The position numbers and the translations under genes were made by a program. DNA of 64,000 nucleotides from an uncultured Pelagibacteraceae bacterium (GTDB lineage Bacteria > Pseudomonadota > Alphaproteobacteria > Pelagibacterales > Pelagibacteraceae): positions 20,218 to 84,217 of the forward strand of contig CACIRB010000001.1 of the NCBI GenBank assembly GCA_902588925.1. The letters are read 5' to 3'. Under the pieces are notes generated by a model. The model was not told the DNA's origin, made no database searches, and saw nothing but the letters and a program-made list of their open reading frames with translations. The first letter of the stretch is position 1. Each line of letters opens with the position of its first letter. Below are positions 1-8,838 of this stretch, in pieces.

Positions 1-12
1 TTTGCCGTCTAT

Positions 13-246
13 ATGACTTTTAAACAATTCCATAGAGCAGAAGAGAAATCTGCAAGTGTTTTTCAAACAAAAAATTTTGATCCTTTTAAAATCATGGTCA
101 TAGTATTTGTAATAGTATTTATATTCGTATTTTCAAAGGGAATTGAAGTTTTGACAAGTCCAAACCCTAACTCTTATTCAATCCCTTATGATGGTCCCTT
201 AAAATCTGCAATTGAAAAATGGTTACCTTTTAGTAAAGATAAATAA
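13..246 (+). CDS. Small hypothetical protein with one hydrophobic segment
   Basis: 77-aa ORF; stop overlaps the next ATG (TAATG); segment IMVIVFVIVFIFVF. Start uncertain. Confidence 0.55.
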   Translation: MTFKQFHRAEEKSASVFQTKNFDPFKIMVIVFVIVFIFVFSKGIEVLTSPNPNSYSIPYDGPLKSAIEKWLPFSKDK

Positions 247-626
247 TGGATAAGATAGCAAAAAACTTACAGTTAGCATTAATGGTTATTATCTTAATCA
301 GTACTGTTATTGCTGTTGGGATTGAAATGAAAAACATGTTCTTAAATCAATCTGTTACATTAGCAGATTTGCTTTTAATGTTTCTTTATTTGGAGGTACT
401 AGCAATGGTTAGGGTTTTTTGGAACCAACAATCTATTAGTATTACCCTACCGCTTCTTATTGCGATTACCGCTCTTGCACGATTTATTATTTTACAAGGT
501 AAAGAAATGGATCCTACTGCACTTGTTTATGAGGCAGTAGCTATTTTGTTAATAGCTGGAGCAATTGTTGTTTTAAGATTAAGACACAGTGACAAATTAG
601 GTCTTAAGAAAAAAAAATCAAAATAA
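246..626 (+). CDS. PsiE-family membrane protein
   Basis: Four hydrophobic helices with DLLLMFLYLEV and IAITALARFII, typical of the PsiE family. Confidence 0.8.
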   Translation: MDKIAKNLQLALMVIILISTVIAVGIEMKNMFLNQSVTLADLLLMFLYLEVLAMVRVFWNQQSISITLPLLIAITALARFIILQGKEMDPTALVYEAVAILLIAGAIVVLRLRHSDKLGLKKKKSK

Positions 627-632
627 TTTAAA

Positions 633-1772
633 ATGATATTTGGAGCTTCAAGGGCTAAGGCCTTAAATCAATTAAATAATTTTGTTGAGAATAATCTTAG
701 AGAATATTCAAAATTAAGAAATTTTGATTTTGGACCTGAAAAAAGATCTAATATATCTTGTTTATCACCATATATAACTCATGGAATAATTAATGAAAAA
801 GAAGTTATTCAAAAAGCGCTGAGTAAATTTTCTTTTTCAAAAAATGAAAAGTTTATTCAAGAAGTTCTATGGCGAACTTATTGGAAAGGTTGGTTAGAAC
901 TAAGACCAAATGTTTGGGCAGATTATCTTATTGAGTTAAATCAAATCAAAAATGAATTTCAAAATAATAAAAATTATCTTTCTGCAATTGAGGGAAAAAC
1001 AAATATAGATTGCTTTAATGAATGGGTAAACGAGCTAAAAGAAAATAATTATTTACATAACCACACAAGAATGTGGTTTGCTAGTATTTGGATTTTTACT
1101 TTAGAATTGCCTTGGCAATTAGGTGCAGAATTTTTTATTCAACATCTTTATGATGGAGATGCTGCATCAAATACTCTTGGGTGGCGATGGGTTGCGGGTG
1201 TTCAAACTCAAGGAAAACATTACCTTGCAAGTGAATGGAATATTAAAAAATTCACTAACAATAGATTTCAAAATATAAAATTAAATGAAAATGTTCCTCC
1301 AAAAGTATCTGAAAAATCTTATCAAATAATTAAACAGGATTTCAATAACCCACAAAAGATTGAGAATAAGAATCTTTTAATTTTTGAAAATAATCTCTCG
1401 TTTGAAACTACTGACTTTAAGGAAAACAATTTTAAGAAAATTTACTTAGTTTCTAATAAAAATGAAAATAGAGCAATAAAACTCAGTGAAAAATTATTGA
1501 AATTTAAATCTCATTTAATAGAAGACCAAGAACAAAGATTAAAAAATCAATCTATTGATTGTCAAATTATAGATATAAGTGAATTAACAAATATTGAAAA
1601 TTATTATGGTTTGTATCCAACAGTAGGTGAAAATTTAGATTTTTTAAATTCTAATAATTTAAAGATAGATTTTTTATATAGAAATCTTGATCAATTAGCT
1701 TGGCAATACTGTAATAAAGGTTTTTTTAATTTTAAAAATTATATTCCTAAAATAGTTTCAAGCTTTAATTAA
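633..1772 (+). CDS. Photolyase with N-terminal FAD-binding domain (inverted, NewPHL-type)
   Basis: SxLSPYITHG at about aa 42, KFIQEVLWRTYW, YLHNHTRMWFASIW, DGDAASNTLGWRWVAG; no N-terminal antenna domain; C-terminal extension ends KGFFNFK. Confidence 0.85.
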   Translation: MIFGASRAKALNQLNNFVENNLREYSKLRNFDFGPEKRSNISCLSPYITHGIINEKEVIQKALSKFSFSKNEKFIQEVLWRTYWKGWLELRPNVWADYLIELNQIKNEFQNNKNYLSAIEGKTNIDCFNEWVNELKENNYLHNHTRMWFASIWIFTLELPWQLGAEFFIQHLYDGDAASNTLGWRWVAGVQTQGKHYLASEWNIKKFTNNRFQNIKLNENVPPKVSEKSYQIIKQDFNNPQKIENKNLLIFENNLSFETTDFKENNFKKIYLVSNKNENRAIKLSEKLLKFKSHLIEDQEQRLKNQSIDCQIIDISELTNIENYYGLYPTVGENLDFLNSNNLKIDFLYRNLDQLAWQYCNKGFFNFKNYIPKIVSSFN

Positions 1773-1990
1773 AACCAACGAACCATTCCAATGATTCCAG
1801 CGGTTGCATAAAAAAATTGCAAAAATAAAATTCCTTTATGACCACCTCTATAGGCCCAAATTCCAATTAAAATGGCTGACAATAACAATAGACAAAAACC
1901 AAAAAATTCTATCCCTATATTTAAAGCGACAAACAAAGAATATAATATTGCAGTTATAACCCCTGCCCATTCAAAGATTTTATTATTCAT
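1769..1990 (-). CDS. Small three-helix membrane protein (resembles half a PnuC transporter)
   Basis: 73 aa, three hydrophobic segments, ends LQFFY...IIGMVRWF; ATGA overlap with upstream gene. Confidence 0.65.
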   Translation of the reverse strand: MNNKIFEWAGVITAILYSLFVALNIGIEFFGFCLLLLSAILIGIWAYRGGHKGILFLQFFYATAGIIGMVRWF

Positions 1991-2706
1991 AAGAGTTTTT
2001 TAAAATTATTATAAAGAATTGTAGAATAGTTATTCATATCTTTCATGTTATCTTTTGCAGATTGATCAAACTTTTCTAATGCACCATTACCAAGCTGATC
2101 TTCTAAAGCTTTTTTGTATTCCGGTACACATCCCCACTCATTGACTGTGGTATCTTTAATTTCTATATGAAATTGAATTCCATAAGCATGGTTTTGATAT
2201 TTAAAGATTTGATACTTGGTAATTGGAGAAGAGGCTAATAAAGTTACATCTTTATTATTTTCAATACCTTGAACCTCATAAGAGTGCCATTGTAAACTTT
2301 TAATCGTATTAGGAAATTTTGAAAATAATTTATCTTCGTCTTTTTCATTAGAAAAATTAATATCCATAATTCCTATTTCTGCTGGTTTAGATTTAACTAC
2401 TTTTCCACCAATCACTTCTCCTAAAAGCTGACAACCTAAACAAAAACCTAAATAAGGTTTTTTTAGATTAACAACAAATTCTTTAATTGCTTTCTTTTCT
2501 TCTATTAACCAAGGATATTCTTGTTCCATATAGGTATCCATTGGACCTCCCATGCATAACATTCCATCAAATTTACTTAAATCATCTGGTATTTTTTCAC
2601 CTTCATCTAACTCAATTGTAGTTAAATTTAATCCATCAGCTAACATTAAATCTTTAATGTAACCTGGATCTTCTATTTTGATATGTTGTAAAACTATTAT
2701 GTTCAC
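1987..2706 (-). CDS. Class I glutamine amidotransferase-like protein
   Basis: GGPM, nucleophile GFCLGCQL, QFHIE His-Glu pair; GTG start. Confidence 0.85.
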   Translation of the reverse strand: MNIIVLQHIKIEDPGYIKDLMLADGLNLTTIELDEGEKIPDDLSKFDGMLCMGGPMDTYMEQEYPWLIEEKKAIKEFVVNLKKPYLGFCLGCQLLGEVIGGKVVKSKPAEIGIMDINFSNEKDEDKLFSKFPNTIKSLQWHSYEVQGIENNKDVTLLASSPITKYQIFKYQNHAYGIQFHIEIKDTTVNEWGCVPEYKKALEDQLGNGALEKFDQSAKDNMKDMNNYSTILYNNFKKLL

Positions 2707-2711
2707 TAAGA

Positions 2712-2840
2712 TTAGCTTAGCTTAGAACACTTCTTGGAACAATATTTTACTCTATCCCAATTTAACTTCCATTTTTTTCGCCAAGTAAATGATCTTTTAC
2801 AAACTGTACAAATTTTTGTTGGTAAATTTTCTTTTTTCAT
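2712..2840 (-). CDS. DUF2256-type small Cys-rich protein (not in ORF track)
   Basis: Hand translation MKKENLPTKICTVCKRSFTWRKKWKLNWDRVKYCSKKCSKLS*; CxxC..FTWRKKW..W..VKYCSxxC signature; ATG overlaps the photolyase TGA. Confidence 0.85.
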   Translation of the reverse strand: MKKENLPTKICTVCKRSFTWRKKWKLNWDRVKYCSKKCSKLS

Positions 2841-4330
2841 CAAATTGTATTTAGTTTAATAAATTTATCAGCTTCAGATAAAATTAATTTTTTTCTATCA
2901 GATTTCATTTTATCAAATATTCTTACCATCATCGAAAGACGAGGATTTTTTAAAAAAAATTTTCTATTTCGGTCAATAAATCTCCAATAAAGACCATCCA
3001 TAGTGTTACACCACTCACCTTTTTTAAAATCCATCATTTTCATAAAATATGCAGATCCACAAATGTAAGGTTTGGTCGCAAAAATTCCTCCATCACTAAA
3101 TAATCCCATTCCATAAACATTAGGAACCATTACCCAATCTGAAGAGTCTACGAACATTTCCATGAACCATTTGTAAACAATTGTTGGCTTAATTTCACAA
3201 AGGTTCATAATGTTTGATAAGATCATTAACCTTTCAATGTGATGTGACCAACCATGATTAACTGCATTTTTAATTGCATAATCCAAAGGTGGAAGACCAG
3301 TGGTCCCATCATACCAAGAACTTTTCATTTTTCTATTTTGTTTAAAAAAATTTCCAGTTTCCATTTCTTGAGAATAGGACTGATAAATTCCACGCATAAA
3401 TTCTCGCCAACCAATCACCTGGCGAATGTAGCCCTCTAAAGAATTCATTCTAATTTTATTTTTTTTATGAAAATCTAAAATTTTTTGGATGACAAATTCA
3501 GGAGTAATTAAACCTAAATTTATATAAGGACTTAATGCACTATGAAATAGAATATTATCTTTTTGATCAACTGCATCCTCATAATCACCAAATAAGTTTG
3601 ATTTTTCTTTTATAAAAAAATTTAAAAGTTTAACAACGTCCTCGTATTCAGTTGCAAACCAAAAATTATTTGTACTCCCTGGGTGATTTTTAAATTCCTT
3701 TTCAATAATAGGCTTTAGTTTTTTTGTATGACTGGTTTCATTTATTTTTGGAAATATAGGAATTGAAATGTTTTTAGGTAATTTATTTCTGTTATCTTCA
3801 TCAAAGCTCCATTTCCCCCCGATTGGATTACCATCTGAACCCATCAATATTCCAGTTTTTTTTCTAACATCTTTATAGAAAGTTGCCATAAAAGGTTTTT
3901 TTGATTTTGATAAATAATTTTTAAATTCAGCTCTTGAATTTAAAAACATAGGTGTTTGAACAATATTCCAGTGTATTTTTTCTTTTTTTAAAAATTGTGA
4001 AATTTTTATTTCAAAAAATTTATCCTCTACCTCAAAACTTGAAATTTCTTTTACTTTTTTTTGTGTAATTATTTTTTTTAATTTTTTTAAATAATCATCA
4101 TTAAATTCTTTATCTTCAATTTTAAAATAATCTAATTTAAATTTGTTTTTTCTTAACGCTTCAGCATAAGAGCGCATTGAAGATAAAAATAATAAAATTT
4201 TTTGTTTATGATGCTTTTCATAAGTGCATAAACCCTTATCTTCAGCCATAAAAAATAGGTGGTCTTTTTTGAAGCGGTCTAGGTATTTTATTGGAAATAA
4301 TTGATTACCAAGTATAAAAAATAACTTCAT
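2840..4330 (-). CDS. Prokaryotic (6-4) photolyase, PhrB/CryB-like, lacking the Fe-S cysteines
   Basis: ILGNQLF, HHKQK, GGKWSFDEDNR, FGDYEDA, HHIERLM, WVMVPNV, KPY motifs. Confidence 0.9.
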   Translation of the reverse strand: MKLFFILGNQLFPIKYLDRFKKDHLFFMAEDKGLCTYEKHHKQKILLFLSSMRSYAEALRKNKFKLDYFKIEDKEFNDDYLKKLKKIITQKKVKEISSFEVEDKFFEIKISQFLKKEKIHWNIVQTPMFLNSRAEFKNYLSKSKKPFMATFYKDVRKKTGILMGSDGNPIGGKWSFDEDNRNKLPKNISIPIFPKINETSHTKKLKPIIEKEFKNHPGSTNNFWFATEYEDVVKLLNFFIKEKSNLFGDYEDAVDQKDNILFHSALSPYINLGLITPEFVIQKILDFHKKNKIRMNSLEGYIRQVIGWREFMRGIYQSYSQEMETGNFFKQNRKMKSSWYDGTTGLPPLDYAIKNAVNHGWSHHIERLMILSNIMNLCEIKPTIVYKWFMEMFVDSSDWVMVPNVYGMGLFSDGGIFATKPYICGSAYFMKMMDFKKGEWCNTMDGLYWRFIDRNRKFFLKNPRLSMMVRIFDKMKSDRKKLILSEADKFIKLNTI

Positions 4331-4357
4331 AATTAAATATAACTAATAAAATTTTTT

Positions 4358-5068
4358 ATGTCAGAAAAATATGTAATTTTTGGTGCGACAGGTTCTATTG
4401 GATCAAGTTTAGCGGAACAATTAAAAAACTCTGGAAACAATATTCATTTAGTTGGAAGAGATGAAAGTGAACTTAGTTCTATCTCTGAAAAATTTGGATG
4501 CTCACATACCGTTTCAGATGTTTTAGAGGATGGGTTCATAGAAAAAGTTAAATCAGATATTTCTGAAATTAAAGGCCTAGCTTATTGCGTGGGTTCAATT
4601 GATTTAAAACCATTAAGAATGGTCAATGAACAAGACTTTCAAAAATGCATGAAACTTAACCTTTATTCTGCTGTAGAAGCTATTAAAGGATATCAGGAAA
4701 GTTTAAAAAAAAATAAAGGTTCAATAGTGTTATTTTCAACTGTTGCTGCTCAAAGAGGTTTTACCAATCATGCAATCATAGCTTCAGCAAAAGCTGCTGT
4801 TGAAGGATTGACGGTTTCTCTTGCAGCAGAATTCGCTCCCAACATAAGAGTAAATTGTGTGGCACCAAGTTTAACAAAATCTAAAATAGCAGAAGCAATG
4901 TTAAAAAACACTGCTATAGCTGAAGGTATTGCAAAAGCACATCCTCTTAAAAGATTAGGCGAAGGTAAAGATTCAGCAGCTCTTGCTAAATTCTTACTTA
5001 CAGAAGATAGTTCTTGGGTTACAGGCCAAATAATTGCTGTTGATGGTGGTAGGTCTAAACTTTCATAA
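4358..5068 (+). CDS. SDR-family oxidoreductase (atypical active site)
   Basis: GATGSIG nucleotide-binding motif, IRVNCVAP, VTGQIIAVDGG; IASAK at the YxxxK position. Confidence 0.85.
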   Translation: MSEKYVIFGATGSIGSSLAEQLKNSGNNIHLVGRDESELSSISEKFGCSHTVSDVLEDGFIEKVKSDISEIKGLAYCVGSIDLKPLRMVNEQDFQKCMKLNLYSAVEAIKGYQESLKKNKGSIVLFSTVAAQRGFTNHAIIASAKAAVEGLTVSLAAEFAPNIRVNCVAPSLTKSKIAEAMLKNTAIAEGIAKAHPLKRLGEGKDSAALAKFLLTEDSSWVTGQIIAVDGGRSKLS

Positions 5069-5069
5069 A

Positions 5070-6137
5070 GTGATCAAATATTTTTTATCTATATTTTTCT
5101 TTTTTTTACTTTCATCAAAAAGTTTTTCTGAAAATTTTACTTTTAAAAAATTGGCAGATTTAAATGATCCATGGGGATCGTCTTTTTTAAGTGATGAAGA
5201 ACTTATTATCACTGAAAAAACTGGAAAAATAAAAGTAGTAAATATTATTTCTGAAGATGTTTATGAAGTTGAACATAACTTAAATTATTTTGTACACGGA
5301 CAAGGAGGTTTATTAGATATTATTTATCAAAATAATTACTTATGGATTTCTTATTCAGAAAATCGAGGGGATTGGAAAACAAGCACCTCGATTGCAAAAG
5401 CTGAATTAAATAAAAAAAATTTAGATTTTAAAAATATATTTCAAGCTGAACCACCAATAGAATCTGGTTATCACTTCGGTTCAAGACTGGCTATAAAAGA
5501 TAATTATCTTTTTGCATCTGCTGGTGAAAGAGGTGGTGGCATGATTGCTCAAGATCCAACAACCCATCCTGGAAGTATTATCAGAATTCATTTGGATGGC
5601 AGTATACCAAAAGATAACCCTAAGTTTGAAGGTAAATCAAATTGGTTACCAGAAATTTATCAAATTGGTGTTCGTAATCCTCAAGGTCTAACCTATTCCT
5701 CTTTTGATGGAAAAATTTATGCAAGCAACCATGGTGCAAAAGGTGGTGATTGGTTTGGTGAAATTAAAAAAGGAGAAAATTATGGTTGGAAAATTTTAGG
5801 TTGGGGTGGAACAAATTATTCAGGGTCAAAGATTGGACCTAAATGGAAACCGGGTTTTACTAAGGCAATCCAATACTGGGTACCTTCAATAGCAGCAAGT
5901 GCTATAACTATTTATAAAGGAAATGAATTTAATGAATGGAATGGCGAAGCACTTATTACTTCTTTAAAAGATAAATCAATGAGAAAATTAAACTTTCAAA
6001 ATTTATCTAAGATTGAAGAAACAATTATTTTCAAAGATAAAATTGGGAGAATAAGAGATATACAAGTTCACCCAGTTAACGGAAAAATATATTTTCTTGC
6101 GGGGAATAGCTTATGGTTAATGGAGAAAAAAAAATAA
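5070..6137 (+). CDS. PQQ-dependent aldose sugar dehydrogenase (glucose/sorbosone family), exported
   Basis: GQGGLLDI, HFGSRL, GVRNPQG, NYGW, GRIRDI; GTG at 5070 yields a signal peptide and avoids the overlap with the SDR gene. Confidence 0.85.
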   Translation: MIKYFLSIFFFFLLSSKSFSENFTFKKLADLNDPWGSSFLSDEELIITEKTGKIKVVNIISEDVYEVEHNLNYFVHGQGGLLDIIYQNNYLWISYSENRGDWKTSTSIAKAELNKKNLDFKNIFQAEPPIESGYHFGSRLAIKDNYLFASAGERGGGMIAQDPTTHPGSIIRIHLDGSIPKDNPKFEGKSNWLPEIYQIGVRNPQGLTYSSFDGKIYASNHGAKGGDWFGEIKKGENYGWKILGWGGTNYSGSKIGPKWKPGFTKAIQYWVPSIAASAITIYKGNEFNEWNGEALITSLKDKSMRKLNFQNLSKIEETIIFKDKIGRIRDIQVHPVNGKIYFLAGNSLWLMEKKK

Positions 6138-6138
6138 T

Positions 6139-7122
6139 ATGAAAGAAAGACCTTATCATCATTTACCTGATGGTACTTTCAGAAATCCAAAAGGATCTCC
6201 AGTAATAATATCCAGATCAGGAAAATTTTCTTATAGAACTTTCAGTAAATTAAGAAAAAAAGTTGATTTATCTTATCCAAAAGAACATGTGATTGAAAAA
6301 GAAAAAGTATTAGCTGATTTAGAAAAATATAAAGATAATGATTACATTGCTTGGATAGGTCATGCGACATACCTTATAAAATTAGGTGGAACTACAATTA
6401 TAACAGATCCCGTATTTTCAAAGAACGCTGGACCACTAATCTTTGGTCCGAAAAGATTTACTAATCCTGCAATAAAATTAAACGAGATACCTAAAACCGA
6501 TATATTTTTACTCACTCATAATCATTACGATCATCAGGACATGTCAACAATTAGAAATTTTCCTTTTAAGAGTGCAAAAGTATTAACACCACTAAACCTA
6601 GGTAAATACTTTAAAGGATATAAGGATGTAAATGAAATGGATTGGTATGATCAAATAATTATAAATGATAATTTAAAAATTTATTTACTTCCTGCAGTTC
6701 ATTGGTCAAAGAGAAGTTTAACAGACACTAATAAAACTTTGTGGGGTAATTTTCTTTTAGAATATAAAAATAAAAAAATTTTATTTGCATGTGACACTGG
6801 ATATGGGGAAATCTACAAAGAACTAGGAAAAAAATACGGTCCTGTAGATCTGACAATGATTAATATTGGCGCTTATAATTTTAAACCAATGTTTGATAAA
6901 ACGATTTATCATACTACACCGGAAGAAGCCTTAAATGTTGCACAAGACCTAAAAAGTAAAAAAGTATTAGGAATGCATTGGGGAACATTTGTTTTATCAT
7001 TGGAGCCAATTATGGAACCCCCAATTAGATTTAAAGATAGTGCTGAAAAATATGGTTTTAATAAAGAAGATGCAATTATTTTTAAAATTGGAGAAGTTAG
7101 TCCTCTAGATAAATTGTTATGA
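6139..7122 (+). CDS. MBL-fold metallo-hydrolase (NAPE-PLD/RomA-like)
   Basis: WIGHAT, TDPVFS, THNHYDH, HWSKR, DTGY, GMHWGTF. Confidence 0.85.
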   Translation: MKERPYHHLPDGTFRNPKGSPVIISRSGKFSYRTFSKLRKKVDLSYPKEHVIEKEKVLADLEKYKDNDYIAWIGHATYLIKLGGTTIITDPVFSKNAGPLIFGPKRFTNPAIKLNEIPKTDIFLLTHNHYDHQDMSTIRNFPFKSAKVLTPLNLGKYFKGYKDVNEMDWYDQIIINDNLKIYLLPAVHWSKRSLTDTNKTLWGNFLLEYKNKKILFACDTGYGEIYKELGKKYGPVDLTMINIGAYNFKPMFDKTIYHTTPEEALNVAQDLKSKKVLGMHWGTFVLSLEPIMEPPIRFKDSAEKYGFNKEDAIIFKIGEVSPLDKLL

Positions 7123-8043
7123 AGTTAAATACTTAATTGCAAAAAATATAGTCCCTATAGAAGTAATAGTAGAAACAAAAATTGCTTTTATTATATTTTC
7201 GGGACTTACATTATAAGCAGCACATAAAACTATAGAAGTAACCCCGCAAGGCGCAACACTCACAAAGAAAGCACCTGGTATTTCAGCTGGCAATCCTGCA
7301 TTAAAAATCACTAATCCGATTAACAATAAAATTATCGGGGAAATAATTAATTTTAAAACTGAAATAGAAACAGATAATTTATTGATTACATTTTTAGTAT
7401 AAAACGAAAGAATTATGCCAATTGCAAACAATCCAACGGGTGAAACACATGCTGCAAGTTTAGACAAAGTGTATTCAATCGGTGTTTGATCAATATTAAA
7501 ATTTAATAATAAAAATAATAGACCTATAATTATTGAAAGAATAAATGGGTTTAAAAATAAATTTTTAATAAAATTAAATAAATTTACATTTTGTTTTGTA
7601 GATAATTCAAGAAAAAAAGCAATTATAGATAATAAAATTATCCCATCCATTAATATGATGCTTGCAACTTGTGTAATTACATTTTGTTGAAAATAAATTT
7701 CTGTTATTGGTAAAAGCAAAGTCACATGGTTAGATAATGCAACTGTTAAAGCCCAAATTATAGACTCTGGGATTGATCTTTTAAAATATTTTGAAGTAAT
7801 TAAGTAAGCGATAATTCCACATATCGATTGCATAATTAAATAAGAGAAAATTTGTTTGAAATCTACTTGTCCAATTTCATTTTGTGCTATTAGCTTAATA
7901 ATCAATGCTGGGACTGCAATATAGAATAAGAAAAGATTTAAAATTTTAGCATGACTAAGATCTAAGACTTTTAACTTACCAAATACAAATCCTAAAAAGG
8001 TGATAAATATAAATGGAGTTAGTCCTAAAAAAATTGTGAACAT
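7117..8043 (-). CDS. AEC-family transporter (auxin efflux carrier / malate permease)
   Basis: About 10 TM helices; YIAVPAL, NPFILS, GLFAIG, LKLIISP motifs. Confidence 0.8.
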   Translation of the reverse strand: MFTIFLGLTPFIFITFLGFVFGKLKVLDLSHAKILNLFLFYIAVPALIIKLIAQNEIGQVDFKQIFSYLIMQSICGIIAYLITSKYFKRSIPESIIWALTVALSNHVTLLLPITEIYFQQNVITQVASIILMDGIILLSIIAFFLELSTKQNVNLFNFIKNLFLNPFILSIIIGLLFLLLNFNIDQTPIEYTLSKLAACVSPVGLFAIGIILSFYTKNVINKLSVSISVLKLIISPIILLLIGLVIFNAGLPAEIPGAFFVSVAPCGVTSIVLCAAYNVSPENIIKAIFVSTITSIGTIFFAIKYLTS

Positions 8044-8046
8044 AAA

Positions 8047-8838
8047 TTATTTAATTGTTATTCTATGCATTATTCTATTTCCTCTGAAAGGTGTTGCTTG
8101 ATGAAGCATAGATCTGTTATCCCATATAGCCAATTGATTTTTTTCCCAAGGCAAAGAAAACTGAAACTTCTTCTTAATTTGATGGTTAAATAAAAATTTT
8201 TTTAAATTTTCTTGATTTTTTATCTTTGAACTAAAACCAACAAAATGTCCCGGACTACAATAAATCGAATAATTTTTACTAATTTTTCTAAATATTTTAT
8301 GTGAAGATTTAAGTTCTTTAATTTTTTTTCCTTTTTCTTTTACTCTTTCTTTTGTTGTAACCGAAATTGGACCCTCAGAGGAATATTTAGCTTTAATATT
8401 TTTAAATTTTCTTTTTATTGAATTTGGTAATTCTTTATAAGCAAGATATTGGGAACAAAATTCTGTATTAGCCTTTCCTTTTTTTGGTACAAGTTTTGAA
8501 AGCAACATTGTAAATCTTGGTGGCTTTTTTGTATAAATCGAGTCAGTATGAAATTGCTCACCAAAACTTGGTCCTTTATCAGTTGATTTTCTTTGTACTA
8601 CAGTAATTTGAGGGAATTTTTTATTTAAACCTTTTAGTCTTGGATAGTTGGCTAAATTTCCAAAATATTTCGCAAACTGTATAAAAAGTTTAGAAGTTAA
8701 TTCTTGTTGTTTAAAATATAGCATTCCATATTTGTTAAGTGCTTTTTTAATTTGAAAAATATCTTTATTTGTAATTTCTTTTAAATTTACAATTATTTCT
8801 GCCCCAATATTTCTTTTATTTGGAATTATTTTTAACAT
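8047..8838 (-). CDS. TauD/TfdA-family Fe(II)/2-oxoglutarate dioxygenase
   Basis: IGAEI, HTD iron motif, WDNRSMLH, RIMHRITI. Confidence 0.88.
   Translation of the reverse strand: MLKIIPNKRNIGAEIIVNLKEITNKDIFQIKKALNKYGMLYFKQQELTSKLFIQFAKYFGNLANYPRLKGLNKKFPQITVVQRKSTDKGPSFGEQFHTDSIYTKKPPRFTMLLSKLVPKKGKANTEFCSQYLAYKELPNSIKRKFKNIKAKYSSEGPISVTTKERVKEKGKKIKELKSSHKIFRKISKNYSIYCSPGHFVGFSSKIKNQENLKKFLFNHQIKKKFQFSLPWEKNQLAIWDNRSMLHQATPFRGNRIMHRITIK

Noticed and set aside
4-12. GCCGTCTAT as a possible ECF-sigma -10 element for the photolyase operon
   Set aside because: The -35 region lies outside the window and the motif is too close to the ATG; cannot be supported.
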